From the NCBI GenBank assembly GCA_964626265.1, contig CAZVCG010000012.1, positions 1 to 52,093 on the forward strand: a stretch of 52,093 bases of DNA. The letters are read 5' to 3'. Below the pieces are notes generated by a model that saw nothing but the letters and a program-made list of their open reading frames with translations, did no database searches and had not been told where the DNA came from. The stretch's first letter is position 1, and every line of letters starts with the position of its first letter. Positions 1-9,674 of the stretch are shown here, piece by piece. The translations under genes and the position numbers were made by a program. The DNA comes from an uncultured Rhodospirillaceae bacterium (lineage in GTDB: Bacteria; Pseudomonadota; Alphaproteobacteria; UBA9219).

Positions 1-22
1 ATTCCCTTGAATCATCAATCGC

Positions 23-37
23 TTAACGCTAGGTTAA
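23..37. promoter_or_regulatory. CtrA-box-like motif TTAA-N7-TTAA
   Basis: TTAA-cgctagg-TTAA exactly matches the alphaproteobacterial CtrA consensus; the regulated gene would lie off-window. Confidence 0.35.
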
Positions 38-73
38 TTGGGTCTGGACCCTAAGTGGATTATTTGGCCTGCC

Positions 74-757
74 TTAACCGAATTCACCCGGCGGGGGGTC
101 GATGGGGACGTTGAGTTCCTCAAGCAACAGCTCTTCGTTCGTGAGCTTCATCTGGCCGATGGTGAAGTGTTCCGGCGCGCCGAGTTCGGGGTCGTACACG
201 TCCATTTCATAGGGCGCGACCTTGATGTCGGTGCGGAACAGCGCGTTCTTGAAAACGACCGTGCAGGTCATCGTGAACAGGTTGTCGCGGCCAATGCCTT
301 TATAAGTCACGGGCATCAGGTTGGCGGCGACGTCGGCTTTTTCCTTGTCGTTGGCGTCGGGCAGCCAGACGACGTCTTCCGGATTTTCCACGATGATGAA
401 ACGGCCCAGCTGGCCGCGCACGTAGTGGAAGAAGAACTTGGCATAGGGGATGAGCGTCTTGCGGTCGAGCTTGATCGGCGCGCGTTCGTTGACGCTGTAA
501 ATAGGCTCGTTCGTCCAGTTCATCAGGCTTACGTCGCCGGGCTTATAGAGCATATAACGCACGTTCGGCGGCGGCAGCGTCATGTCGGTGAGCGCATAGA
601 ACTTGTGTTCGGGGTAAAAGGGCAGGGGAGCAACCTGAACCAAAGTCTTGTCGAGCGGCAGGGTGACGGGCGCGATTTCGGGGGCTATGGCGGCCAACAG
701 CTCTTTCGTAGCGTCGGGGGTAAGCGCTTCAAAAACAAGATCTTTCATTGAAAACAA
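74..757 (-). CDS. hypothetical protein
   Basis: 227-aa ORF with protein-like composition, co-directional with and 66 bp downstream of the Hsp70-family gene. Confidence 0.8.
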   Translation of the reverse strand: MFSMKDLVFEALTPDATKELLAAIAPEIAPVTLPLDKTLVQVAPLPFYPEHKFYALTDMTLPPPNVRYMLYKPGDVSLMNWTNEPIYSVNERAPIKLDRKTLIPYAKFFFHYVRGQLGRFIIVENPEDVVWLPDANDKEKADVAANLMPVTYKGIGRDNLFTMTCTVVFKNALFRTDIKVAPYEMDVYDPELGAPEHFTIGQMKLTNEELLLEELNVPIDPPPGEFG

Positions 758-823
758 CTCCTGAGGACAAACTAGCTCTGTAGTGTAAGGCCGTAAGGTT
801 AGCGAATTATTGAAAGCCTGTCA

Positions 824-3361
824 TCAGGTCTTCACAATCGTCGCCAGTTCGTTGGCGACGTCGCTGGCGCTCAGCGAAATGCGCGCGTCGAGCATACGGC
901 TGACAAGGTCGCGCAGGCCGTCCTTATCGCCCGCGGCGCGCAGCTTTTCGCCGTCGGCGACCATGGCCTTGAACTCGTGCCGGTCCGGGAACAGAAACGG
1001 TTCTTTCGACAGGCGCAGGAACCACGTCAGGACGTAATCCGGATCGCGCCACGCGATGCTGAAGAACAACGTGCGCATGTCGCCGAGGCGCATTCTGGCC
1101 ACATCGAACGACGACGCGTTGTCGTCGTCCACGATCTTTTGGACGGCCTGGGCGTAATTGTCGAAGCGCTCGTTTTCTTCGTTGTTCGCCTTGCCGCGTA
1201 CCACGCGGTTATAGGCGGCGATCATCTTGCCGAGCTGGCGTTGCAGCATCGGTCCTCCGTGTTTCTTTGCCAGACGCGCGATGTCCTGACGGATGAAGCG
1301 TACTTCCTCGACGACGCGGCGAAGGGCTTCGGGATCGCTTGCGCCTTCTCCGAGCATTTCGCTTTGTTCGTCTATTCGCGTTTTCAAAAGTTGGACTTCG
1401 GGGCCGCCTTCGGGGCCGAGCGCAGCCGCCAAATCGCCCCAGTCTTCTTCGCCGCGTTTCAGCACTTCGGCTGCGAAGGCCGTGCCGTTCTTTTCGTCAA
1501 ACGAGATTTCGCCCGCTTGCGGCGCGTAGAAGCGCGGCACGCGCAAATCGAGCGCATTAGCGGGCAGACGCACTGTGGCTTGCAGGATGCCGCCGTCGCT
1601 CATGCGCCAGTCGAAAATAATCGGGTCGCCCGCGCGGATGACGTTGCCGGGCGGCAAATCCTGGCCCTCGATGCGGAAGAGGCCGACGCAAAGGTTCAGG
1701 TCAATGCGTTCCGGATATTCTACTTGAAACAGCTCGAAATTGATCGAGCCGGCGCCGCCGGACTTCAGGTCGCGGCCCGCCAAGAATTTCGCCTGGCCCG
1801 TTGCGGGCAGCGCCGCGCCTTTCTTGATGAGCGGGTGCAGTATGTTTTCTTTTGAATCCGGCTTGGCCAAAGCCTTGACGGCGATAGTCTGGGCGGCATG
1901 AATGATGCCTGCCGTGGCGATGACGCGCGTGATGACCAAAATGTGATCGTGTTCGGCGAGATGATGGCCGGACTCGTCCATGACGCGGACGGCGAACTCG
2001 TGCGCACCAGCCTTGGAAAGCGGCACCATGATTGTCAGATTGTCGGCCAGCGGCAGAAGGCCGGAATCCCAACGTTCGGTCGTCAGGCGGATCTGGCGCG
2101 GCTTGTCGAGCTGTTCCGCCACGCGCACCGTAATTACGGTCTTTTCCTCCGAGGTGCGCTGGGCGTAATCGAACACGAGACGCGGCTCTTTGGGCGTAGG
2201 AGTCGAGGCCAACGCCGGCTTCGGCGCGCTGCCACCGGGGGCTGTTTTGGCGTCGTCGCTGTCCCACTCGCGGCTTTCGCAGTAATAGGCGGCACCAATG
2301 GCAACAGCCGTCATGGGATCTGTCTTCAGGTCGGCGGCGATGCCGAGCTCATTCGACACCATGTGGCGGATCATGGGCGTGCGCGTAGGTCCGCCAATGA
2401 ACACGATGCGGTCGATGTCTTCGCGCGCCACTTTGTTCTCTTCGAGCATCGCCTTGATCATGTCGATGGTCTGTGTGACAGGCTCGCGGATCAATTCTTC
2501 GAGTTGCGCACGGGTGATCGGCGCGTCGAGGAAGATTTCGGCTTCGCTCTGATCCATCATGCGGACTTCGTCGTCCGAGGCGAAAATGGAGGCTTCTTCG
2601 AGCGAGGATAAATCAATCTTGGCTTTTTCGGCGGCCATCTGCGCGATGCGGATCAAACGGCGGTAGGCCGGATCGCGCATGAAATTGTCGGGAAGGTCGA
2701 AGTTGGCGATCAGCCACGGGCGGATGATATCGCTTACGATTTTGCGATCGAAATCGCGACCGCCGAGCATGTTGATGCCCTGCTGCGCGACGATAGTAAC
2801 TTCGCCGTCGACGGATTCGGCCAGCGCCACGTCGAACGTGCCGCCACCCAAATCGTAAATCAGGAATTTGCCGGAACGTTTCGCGCCCGCCATCGAAGCC
2901 AGCGCGGCGGCGACGGGTTCTTGCAGCAAGTCGACGCGTTCGAGGCCTGCGGCTTTCGCGGCGCGCAGCGTGGCCTCGGACTGCATCTGGTTGAAGGCGG
3001 CGGGAATCGTAATGATCGCGCCGTCGAAACTTTCTTCGCCTGTTTCCGTGGTAGCCTGATTGAGCAATTGGCGGATGATGTCGGCCGAGCATTCTTCGGG
3101 GGTTAGCGAAAGGTCGGCATCCTTGATTTCGATCGGCGTGGCCGTGCCCATCAGGCGTTTGAAACCGCTGGCGACGTTTTCAGGATTGATCAGGCCCTGA
3201 TCATAGGCGCGGCGGCCATAAAGGCGATGCCCGCGCTTATCGACGTAAATGACCGAAGGAAGGACCTCGCCCCCGTCTGCGGGACGGAACACGCGAACGT
3301 CGCCGTCCACGAAACCCGCGATAACGCTATTCGACGTACCAAGATCAATGCCGATATACAT
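824..3361 (-). CDS. atypical Hsp70-family protein with long non-canonical C-terminal region
   Basis: GIDLGTSNS, TIPAAF, EPVAAA, DLGGGTFD, GGRDFD and AEKAKIDLS ATPase motifs; start placed at MYIGIDLG (ATG 3361). Confidence 0.9.
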   Translation of the reverse strand: MYIGIDLGTSNSVIAGFVDGDVRVFRPADGGEVLPSVIYVDKRGHRLYGRRAYDQGLINPENVASGFKRLMGTATPIEIKDADLSLTPEECSADIIRQLLNQATTETGEESFDGAIITIPAAFNQMQSEATLRAAKAAGLERVDLLQEPVAAALASMAGAKRSGKFLIYDLGGGTFDVALAESVDGEVTIVAQQGINMLGGRDFDRKIVSDIIRPWLIANFDLPDNFMRDPAYRRLIRIAQMAAEKAKIDLSSLEEASIFASDDEVRMMDQSEAEIFLDAPITRAQLEELIREPVTQTIDMIKAMLEENKVAREDIDRIVFIGGPTRTPMIRHMVSNELGIAADLKTDPMTAVAIGAAYYCESREWDSDDAKTAPGGSAPKPALASTPTPKEPRLVFDYAQRTSEEKTVITVRVAEQLDKPRQIRLTTERWDSGLLPLADNLTIMVPLSKAGAHEFAVRVMDESGHHLAEHDHILVITRVIATAGIIHAAQTIAVKALAKPDSKENILHPLIKKGAALPATGQAKFLAGRDLKSGGAGSINFELFQVEYPERIDLNLCVGLFRIEGQDLPPGNVIRAGDPIIFDWRMSDGGILQATVRLPANALDLRVPRFYAPQAGEISFDEKNGTAFAAEVLKRGEEDWGDLAAALGPEGGPEVQLLKTRIDEQSEMLGEGASDPEALRRVVEEVRFIRQDIARLAKKHGGPMLQRQLGKMIAAYNRVVRGKANNEENERFDNYAQAVQKIVDDDNASSFDVARMRLGDMRTLFFSIAWRDPDYVLTWFLRLSKEPFLFPDRHEFKAMVADGEKLRAAGDKDGLRDLVSRMLDARISLSASDVANELATIVKT

Positions 3362-3755
3362 TTGTTCTATATAGCCTGTATTGCTTAACGAAGGTTTGCC
3401 CAATTGTTGCAATTAGGTAAAGATTATGCAAGTGGCTCAATAGGTTAAAGGACCTAGGCGTTAACCATAAATTGACAAAGAAAGCCTTGCTTGTCCGCAA
3501 CGTCGCATGTGCCTTGAAAGGACCGAAAGTAATTCGAGCAAAATATTCAACGAAACTATAAAAAAGACGGTTTTTCAGAATGAGGTTTTTTGCTCATGCA
3601 AAAAAATTTCCATTCGATTATACATGCAGATTAATAGAATGCTAACAAGTGTGAACATTGATTGAAACTGAAAATTTTTTCAGGCTATCGACTCAAGCAA
3701 AATAGATCCTGTCTTCTTTGCTTTATTTTTCTCCCGATTTCATCAATAATGCCGC

Positions 3756-4175
3756 ATGAGCTGCAAACCCAATCAGCATCGAATATCGAACATGCTGCGA
3801 ACCGCAGGTGTTCGTCCGACCCAGCAACGTACGGCACTAGCGTCATATCTCTTCAACGGCATGCATAAGCATGTGACGGCTGAGATGATCTATGCCGCTA
3901 CGCGGAAGGGCCGCTCTTCAGTTTCGCTAGCCACCGTGTACAACAATCTGCATCAATTCGCCGAGGCGGGTTTGTTGCGCGAGATATTGGTCGATCAGAA
4001 GTTCCGCTATTTCGACACGAACGTGACGGAGCATTTCCATTTCTTCGATGAAGATACAGGCCGCTTGTCCGACGTGACGGACATGAATATGCGTTTAAAG
4101 AAATTGCCGCCCATTCCTCACGGCAAACGCGTGATGAGCGTTGACGTCGTCATCAGACTTTCAAAAGACAATTAA
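3756..4175 (+). CDS. irr: Fur-family regulator, Irr type
   Basis: RPTQQR, SLATVYNNLHQF and FDTNVTEHFHFFDED (HxH motif); start may be 3792. Confidence 0.8.
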   Translation: MSCKPNQHRISNMLRTAGVRPTQQRTALASYLFNGMHKHVTAEMIYAATRKGRSSVSLATVYNNLHQFAEAGLLREILVDQKFRYFDTNVTEHFHFFDEDTGRLSDVTDMNMRLKKLPPIPHGKRVMSVDVVIRLSKDN

Positions 4176-4184
4176 GCTGACTCG

Positions 4185-5201
4185 TCAATCTGAGCGCTGA
4201 CGCAAAGCTTCGTCGGCTTGCGCGATGATTTCCTGCAGAATGGCGGCAACGGGTTTTTCTTCCGTCACCATGCCGACGCTTTGACCCGCCATGACCGAGC
4301 CGTTCGCGACATCGCCGTCGATCGCTGCGCGGCGCAAAGCGCCCGCCCAGAAATGCTCAATCTCAAGCTGCGCCGCTTCTTTTGAAAGTTCGCCGTTGTC
4401 GAAACGCGCGATGACTTCGCGTTGTTTGTCGAGAAACGCGCGCACGCCTTCGTTGACGATGGCTCGGACGGGGATGACTGGAAAACGCGGATCAAGTTGC
4501 GGCGACGGTTGCGCGTCGCGCGCGGCGGCGCGGATGAAGGCCTTTTTGAAATCAGGATGTGCAACGCATTCCGTCGCGCACACGAAACGTGTACCGAGCT
4601 GGACGCCCGCCGCGCCCATTTCGAGAAAAGAGAGCATAACTTCGCCGCGGCCAATGCCTCCCGCCACGAAAACGGGAACTTCGCGAATGTTAGGCAGTAT
4701 TTCTTGAGCCAGAACCGTCGTGCTAACCGTGCCGATGTGGCCGCCCGCTTCGGAACCTTCGATCACAAGCGCATCCGCGCCGGAACGGATCATGCGTCTG
4801 GCCAGAACGAGGGCAGGGGCGAAGCAAACGGCTTTTGCGCCGCCGTCTTTAATGCGCTTGATAATAGGGCCCGACGGCACGCCGCCCGCCAGCACGATGT
4901 GGCTGACTTTTTCCTCAAGGCATACATCGACAAGTTTTTCCAGTTCAGGGTGCATGACGATCAGGTTGACCCCGAACCGTTTTCGGGTGAGCGCTTGCGT
5001 GGCCTTGATCTCCTCGCGCAACCTATCCGGCATCATCGAGCCGCATGCCAGCACGCCGAACCCGCCTTCGTTTGAAATCGCGGCGACAAGGTTGCGTTCG
5101 CTGATCCACGTCATCGCGCCTGCCATAATGGCGAGTTCCGTTCCTAGGAAATCGCAACCGCATCGCATTAAACCGGTTAAATGTGGGGAAATCATTACCA
5201 T
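4185..5201 (-). CDS. NAD(P)H-dependent flavin oxidoreductase (2-nitropropane dioxygenase/FabK-like)
   Basis: EGSEAGGHIG, VFVAGGIG, GVQLGTRF and MAGQSVG motifs. Confidence 0.9.
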   Translation of the reverse strand: MVMISPHLTGLMRCGCDFLGTELAIMAGAMTWISERNLVAAISNEGGFGVLACGSMMPDRLREEIKATQALTRKRFGVNLIVMHPELEKLVDVCLEEKVSHIVLAGGVPSGPIIKRIKDGGAKAVCFAPALVLARRMIRSGADALVIEGSEAGGHIGTVSTTVLAQEILPNIREVPVFVAGGIGRGEVMLSFLEMGAAGVQLGTRFVCATECVAHPDFKKAFIRAAARDAQPSPQLDPRFPVIPVRAIVNEGVRAFLDKQREVIARFDNGELSKEAAQLEIEHFWAGALRRAAIDGDVANGSVMAGQSVGMVTEEKPVAAILQEIIAQADEALRQRSD

Positions 5202-5920
5202 GGCAAAATTTCACCGTCGCATCGCAGGAATTGTCCTGACTGATCTAAAGATAATTTATCAATGACATTGCGCATGCCTTTGACGCTCTCTTCGGGCGTC
5301 AGGCGGGCATTTTTGCCGCCCATGTCCGTTTTGACCCAATCGGGATGCAGGCTTACTACAATAATTTTTTCATTTAGCAAACTTTGCGCAACATCGCGCA
5401 TGGCCATATTCAGGGCGGCTTTGCTGGTGCAGTAAGCGATATAGCCTGTATAGGCTTTTTCAATCGACCCCATGATGCTGGAAACCATTATGACTTTGCC
5501 GTTCGCGCACCGGAGATTCGGTAACAGCGCTTGCGTAACCATAACGGGCGCAATGGCATTAATGCGCAAAACTTTTTCCCACGATCGCGGATCAATAGTC
5601 CCAAAAGCCTGTGTCATGTCGTCCGAGTCGTCAGAGGCGGAATAGGCAGGATTGTTCCCAGAAAGGATTCCTGCGTTGTTAATTAATACATCAACAGCTT
5701 CATCTTTGATCTTTCCGGCGAGTTGAGAGATGCTTGAGTCATCGGCAACGTTCAGCGGTTCAATCCGAACGGACGGGTTTCCCGCCGCCAAGGCTTTTAG
5801 TTCCACTGCTTTTTCAGGAGCGCGGCACGTGGCGATAACATCCCACCCATCAGCCGCATATTGCCGTGCAAACTCGAAACCGAGTCCCCGGTTGGCGCCT
5901 GTGATAAGTACAGTTGGCAT
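5195..5920 (-). CDS. SDR oxidoreductase (CsgA-like)
   Basis: TGANRGLG, NNAG and YCTSK (YxxxK); stop lies inside the 5' end of the next CDS (7-bp overlap). Confidence 0.9.
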   Translation of the reverse strand: MPTVLITGANRGLGFEFARQYAADGWDVIATCRAPEKAVELKALAAGNPSVRIEPLNVADDSSISQLAGKIKDEAVDVLINNAGILSGNNPAYSASDDSDDMTQAFGTIDPRSWEKVLRINAIAPVMVTQALLPNLRCANGKVIMVSSIMGSIEKAYTGYIAYCTSKAALNMAMRDVAQSLLNEKIIVVSLHPDWVKTDMGGKNARLTPEESVKGMRNVIDKLSLDQSGQFLRCDGEILPW

Positions 5921-5923
5921 TAC

Positions 5924-7159
5924 TTAGGCCGCGTCCAGCTCAAAAGCGGTGTGTAAAGAGCGCATGGCGAGTTCCGCGTATTCCTCGGCGATAAGCACGC
6001 TGATGCTGATTTCCGACGTTTCGATCGCCTGAATGTTGATGTTCTTGTCCGCCAAAGTCTTGAACATGGTCGAGGCCACGCCCGGGTGGCTGCGCATCCC
6101 GACTCCGACCAGCGAGATTTTGACGACGGTCTTGTCGCTGAGCAAATCGGCGTAGGCGATGTCTTTTTGTTCCGATTCCAAGACCTGGCGGGCGCGATCG
6201 ATATCGCTGCGTCCTACAGTAAATGTGATGTCGGTCGTTTTGCCGTCGTCGGATGACGTTTGTACGATCATGTCGACGTTGATTCCCGCGCGCGCCAGCG
6301 CGCCGAAGACGGTCGCGGCCACGCCGGGGCGGTCGGCAACCTTGCTCAGCGTGACTTTGGCTTCGTTGGAAGCCAGCGCGACGCCGGTGACGACTTTCTG
6401 TTCCATCTTTTTATCCTCGTCGGTGACTAGGGTTCCGGGAAATTCGCTGCCGATGCTATTGCTGAAGGTCGACAAGACCTGAACCGGCACGCGGTAGCGC
6501 ATGGCCATTTCGACGGAGCGCGTTTGGAGCACTTTCGCGCCCAGCGAGGCCAGTTCCAGCATTTCGTTATATGCGACTTGCGAGAGCTTGCGCGCCTTGC
6601 TGACGATACGCGGATCGGAAGTGTAAACGCCGTCGACATCCGTATAAATATCGCAGCGGTCGGCTTTGAGCGCGGCGGCAAGCGCGACCGCCGAGGTATC
6701 CGACCCGCCGCGTCCCAGCGTGCTGATGCTGCCGTTTTCCGTCACGCCTTGAAACCCCGCCAATACGGCAATTTCGCCTTGTTCAAGGTGGCGGCGGAGG
6801 TTGGCGGCGTTGATGTCGAGAATGCGCGCCTTGTTGTGCATCGAATCCGTCCGCAAAGGGACTTGCCAGCCTTGCCATGAACGCGCGATAAGCCCGCGCT
6901 GTTCCAATGCCAGCGCCATAAGGCCTGCCGTGACTTGTTCGCCCGTGGCGACGACGGCATCGTGTTCGCGAGGATTGGGGCGGGGCGTTATGCTCCTGCA
7001 GAAATTGATGAGTTGATCCGTGACCCCGGCCATAGCCGATACGACCACGGCAACCTTGTTGCCAAGCTTGACTTCAGCCGCGACCTTGCTGGCTGCGTTC
7101 TTGATGCGCTCAATGTCGCCGACCGAGGTTCCGCCGAATTTGACTACGATTAATGCCAT
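5924..7159 (-). CDS. lysC: aspartate kinase
   Basis: VKFGGTSV, TLGRGGSDTSA and DVDGVYTSDPR; two C-terminal ACT domains. Confidence 0.97.
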   Translation of the reverse strand: MALIVVKFGGTSVGDIERIKNAASKVAAEVKLGNKVAVVVSAMAGVTDQLINFCRSITPRPNPREHDAVVATGEQVTAGLMALALEQRGLIARSWQGWQVPLRTDSMHNKARILDINAANLRRHLEQGEIAVLAGFQGVTENGSISTLGRGGSDTSAVALAAALKADRCDIYTDVDGVYTSDPRIVSKARKLSQVAYNEMLELASLGAKVLQTRSVEMAMRYRVPVQVLSTFSNSIGSEFPGTLVTDEDKKMEQKVVTGVALASNEAKVTLSKVADRPGVAATVFGALARAGINVDMIVQTSSDDGKTTDITFTVGRSDIDRARQVLESEQKDIAYADLLSDKTVVKISLVGVGMRSHPGVASTMFKTLADKNINIQAIETSEISISVLIAEEYAELAMRSLHTAFELDAA

Positions 7160-7292
7160 GCAATGATCCGAATTTAAGGCGAACGGCTATCAAAGCATAA
7201 AATCAGATATTTGCAATATGCTGCATTGCACATAAGATGAAAAATGATAAAAAAATGAAGTCATTACCAATTTTTAGTTGTCAGGAAGGGTT

Positions 7293-8057
7293 ATGCCTCG
7301 CACTAATTCCTCAAGCGTAGCCATAGATGAGATAGAGCGTTTTTCCGCGCTGGCGGAAGACTGGTGGAATCCGGACGGCGCTTTCCGGTTTTTACACAAA
7401 ATGAGTCTTGTTCGCATTTCGTATATAGAAAAGCGCGTTTATAGCCATTTTAGGAAAGCCGCGACTTGCGCCGGCTCTTTGAAGGGGTTGAGCGTTTTGG
7501 ACGCAGGATGCGGCGGCGGCCTTTTGGCCGAGGCGATGGCCGAGCGCGGCGCGAAGGTTACGGGAATCGACGCCTCGGAAGCCACAATAAAGGTAGCGCG
7601 CCGCCATGCGGCGAAACGAGGGCTGAAAATCGATTACCGCTGCGGCGCGGTCGAGGACGCGGTCAAGGGCCGCGAACGCTTCGATGTCGTCACGGCCATG
7701 GAGGTAGTCGAGCATGTGCCTGAACCGGATTCTTTTTTGAAAAGCCTTATAAGCCTTATGAAGCCCGAAGGGCTTCTTATCCTCGCCACCGTCAGCCGCA
7801 CGGCGCGAAGTTTTTTCCTCGGCGTTCTGGCGGCGGAATACGTGTTGAACTGGATTCCGCCCGGCACGCACCGCTGGTCGAAATTTCTCCGTCCGTCAGA
7901 GCTTGTTGCGAAACTGGAGACCTTTGGGCTGGAAGCCGAGAACATGAGCGGCGTCGTGTTCGACCCGCTAACCGAAGCGTTCCGGCTTAGCGCTCACAAT
8001 CTGCGCATCAACTATTTGCTTTCCGCTTCACGGCCTCGATCTGGTGGCTCATGTTAA
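7293..8057 (+). CDS. ubiG: ubiquinone biosynthesis O-methyltransferase
   Basis: WWNPDG, LDAGCGGGLL, MEVVEHV and PGTHRWSKF; divergent from lysC as usual in alphaproteobacteria. Confidence 0.92.
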   Translation: MPRTNSSSVAIDEIERFSALAEDWWNPDGAFRFLHKMSLVRISYIEKRVYSHFRKAATCAGSLKGLSVLDAGCGGGLLAEAMAERGAKVTGIDASEATIKVARRHAAKRGLKIDYRCGAVEDAVKGRERFDVVTAMEVVEHVPEPDSFLKSLISLMKPEGLLILATVSRTARSFFLGVLAAEYVLNWIPPGTHRWSKFLRPSELVAKLETFGLEAENMSGVVFDPLTEAFRLSAHNLRINYLLSASRPRSGGSC

Positions 8058-8255
8058 CCGTAAGCGGCCTGTGCAAATGTGACACTTCAGATTCGGCTTG
8101 GAAAAAAAGTGGATGAAAGTTATAATTTTTCTTGCAATTGCCTGTACATTATGGTGTTCACAGGGTTCGTTCAAAGTCCGGCAAGGCAGCTATGCGTAAC
8201 CGGGTTGCGGCGGAAGTGGGCTTAACCACTATTTTTGTTGCCGGTGGAGGACACG

Positions 8256-8783
8256 ATGACGGTACGTGCTCTTCCGATTCGGGATAGGAATGGTCGATCT
8301 GGCCGGGGGCTTGCCCCTGTGAGCGCTACGCCGAAACGATCCGAATTGGATTATACGAAAGCTGCTGCGGCGTTGGAAAACGCCCTTCAAAAGGATCATT
8401 TCATCAGGGATGAGTTCGGCAACAAGTTTGCCGGGCGCCACATCATTATTGACCTGCACGGGGTGCATGGTCCGTTGCTGGCCGACCTTGAGTTGATCAA
8501 GGCCACGCTCATCCGCGCCGCGAAGGTGGCCGGAGCGACGCTTCTCAATATCGATCTGCACACGTTCGAGCCCAACGGCGGGATTTCCGGCATCGCGGTT
8601 CTGGCCGAGTCGCACATCAGCATCCACTCGTGGCCGGAAAACGGCTATGCGGCGATCGACGCGTTCATGTGCGGCGATGCGCGGCCGGAACGGACCGTGG
8701 CCGTTTTGCGCGAAGCCTTTCGTCCTACCAACATCCAGCTTACAGAACTCAAGCGCGGCATGATGGAGACCGCGGATGGATAA
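8256..8783 (+). CDS. speD: S-adenosylmethionine decarboxylase proenzyme
   Basis: LAESHISIHSWPE self-cleavage motif and FMCG; GGAGG RBS at 8246-8250. Confidence 0.93.
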   Translation: MTVRALPIRDRNGRSGRGLAPVSATPKRSELDYTKAAAALENALQKDHFIRDEFGNKFAGRHIIIDLHGVHGPLLADLELIKATLIRAAKVAGATLLNIDLHTFEPNGGISGIAVLAESHISIHSWPENGYAAIDAFMCGDARPERTVAVLREAFRPTNIQLTELKRGMMETADG

Positions 8784-9648
8784 ATATTACGTCGAGGGCG
8801 AGCAATCGTCCCCCGGCCTAATCCAGAAGCTCCGCTGCGATAATATACTCTGCGAAGAAAAGACGCCTTTTCAGGACATCGTGATTTTCACGAATCCCGT
8901 GTTCGGCGTCGTCCTTGCGCTCGATAATGTCATCCAAACTACTGAAAATGACGAGTTTATTTATCACGAGATGATGACGCATGTTCCGGTTTTGGGACAT
9001 GGCTCGGTCGAGCGCGTTCTTGTCATCGGCGGCTGCGATGGCGGCATTCTCCGCAACGTTTTGAGGTATCCGAACGTCCGTGAAGCCGTGATGGTCGAGA
9101 TCGATGAGCGCGTCATCGAATTGTCGAAAAAACATTTACCGAAACTATGCCGCAAAGCTTTTGAGGATTCCCGCGCGAAGGTCATTATCGGCGACGGCTT
9201 TAAGTATGTCGCTGAAACTCAAGAAAAATTCGACATTCTGTTCATCGATTCGACGGATCCCGTAGGTCCCGGCAAATGCCTGTTCACGCCCGATTTTTAC
9301 CGTAATTGCAAGCGTTGCCTGACGCCGGGCGGCATCGTGACGGCGCAAAGCGGCGTGCCGTTTTTATTGCCGGAAACGCCGCGCACGCTTAACGCGAGCC
9401 TAAGGCCTGTTTTTGCCGATGTCGCTTTTTATCTGTGCGACATCCCTTCGTTCGTGTGCGGCCCTGCGGCTTTCGTATGGGCCAGCGACAACACGGCAAT
9501 GCGCCAAACGGACGCAAGCGTTATCGAGCAGCGGTTGAAAGAGTCCGGGATCGACGACCTGAAATACTTTACGCCTGAACTGTTCAAGGCCGCTTTCGCG
9601 TTGCCAAAGTATATCCGGGACAGCATCGCGATGAAGCCCGCCAGTTAA
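8776..9648 (+). CDS. speE: polyamine aminopropyltransferase, divergent paralog
   Basis: YHEMMTH, IGGCDGG, VEID and DSTDP; overlaps the speD stop. Confidence 0.85.
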   Translation: MDKYYVEGEQSSPGLIQKLRCDNILCEEKTPFQDIVIFTNPVFGVVLALDNVIQTTENDEFIYHEMMTHVPVLGHGSVERVLVIGGCDGGILRNVLRYPNVREAVMVEIDERVIELSKKHLPKLCRKAFEDSRAKVIIGDGFKYVAETQEKFDILFIDSTDPVGPGKCLFTPDFYRNCKRCLTPGGIVTAQSGVPFLLPETPRTLNASLRPVFADVAFYLCDIPSFVCGPAAFVWASDNTAMRQTDASVIEQRLKESGIDDLKYFTPELFKAAFALPKYIRDSIAMKPAS

Positions 9649-9674
9649 CCAACCAAGCACAAGTAAGGAGCGAC

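Noticed and set aside
38-751. 237-aa + strand ORF
   Set aside because: Antisense shadow of the 74-757 gene; no motifs.
977-3106. Many + strand and alternate-frame ORFs over the Hsp70 gene
   Set aside because: GC-rich shadow ORFs with Arg/Ala-rich composition over a strongly supported CDS.
824-3361. Calling the Hsp70 gene dnaK
   Set aside because: It lacks the canonical linker and substrate-binding motifs and has no dnaJ/grpE context.
8160-8255. Known SAM-I, SAM-II or SAH riboswitch upstream of speD
   Set aside because: The conserved core nucleotides of those families are not visible; reported only as an unassigned structure.
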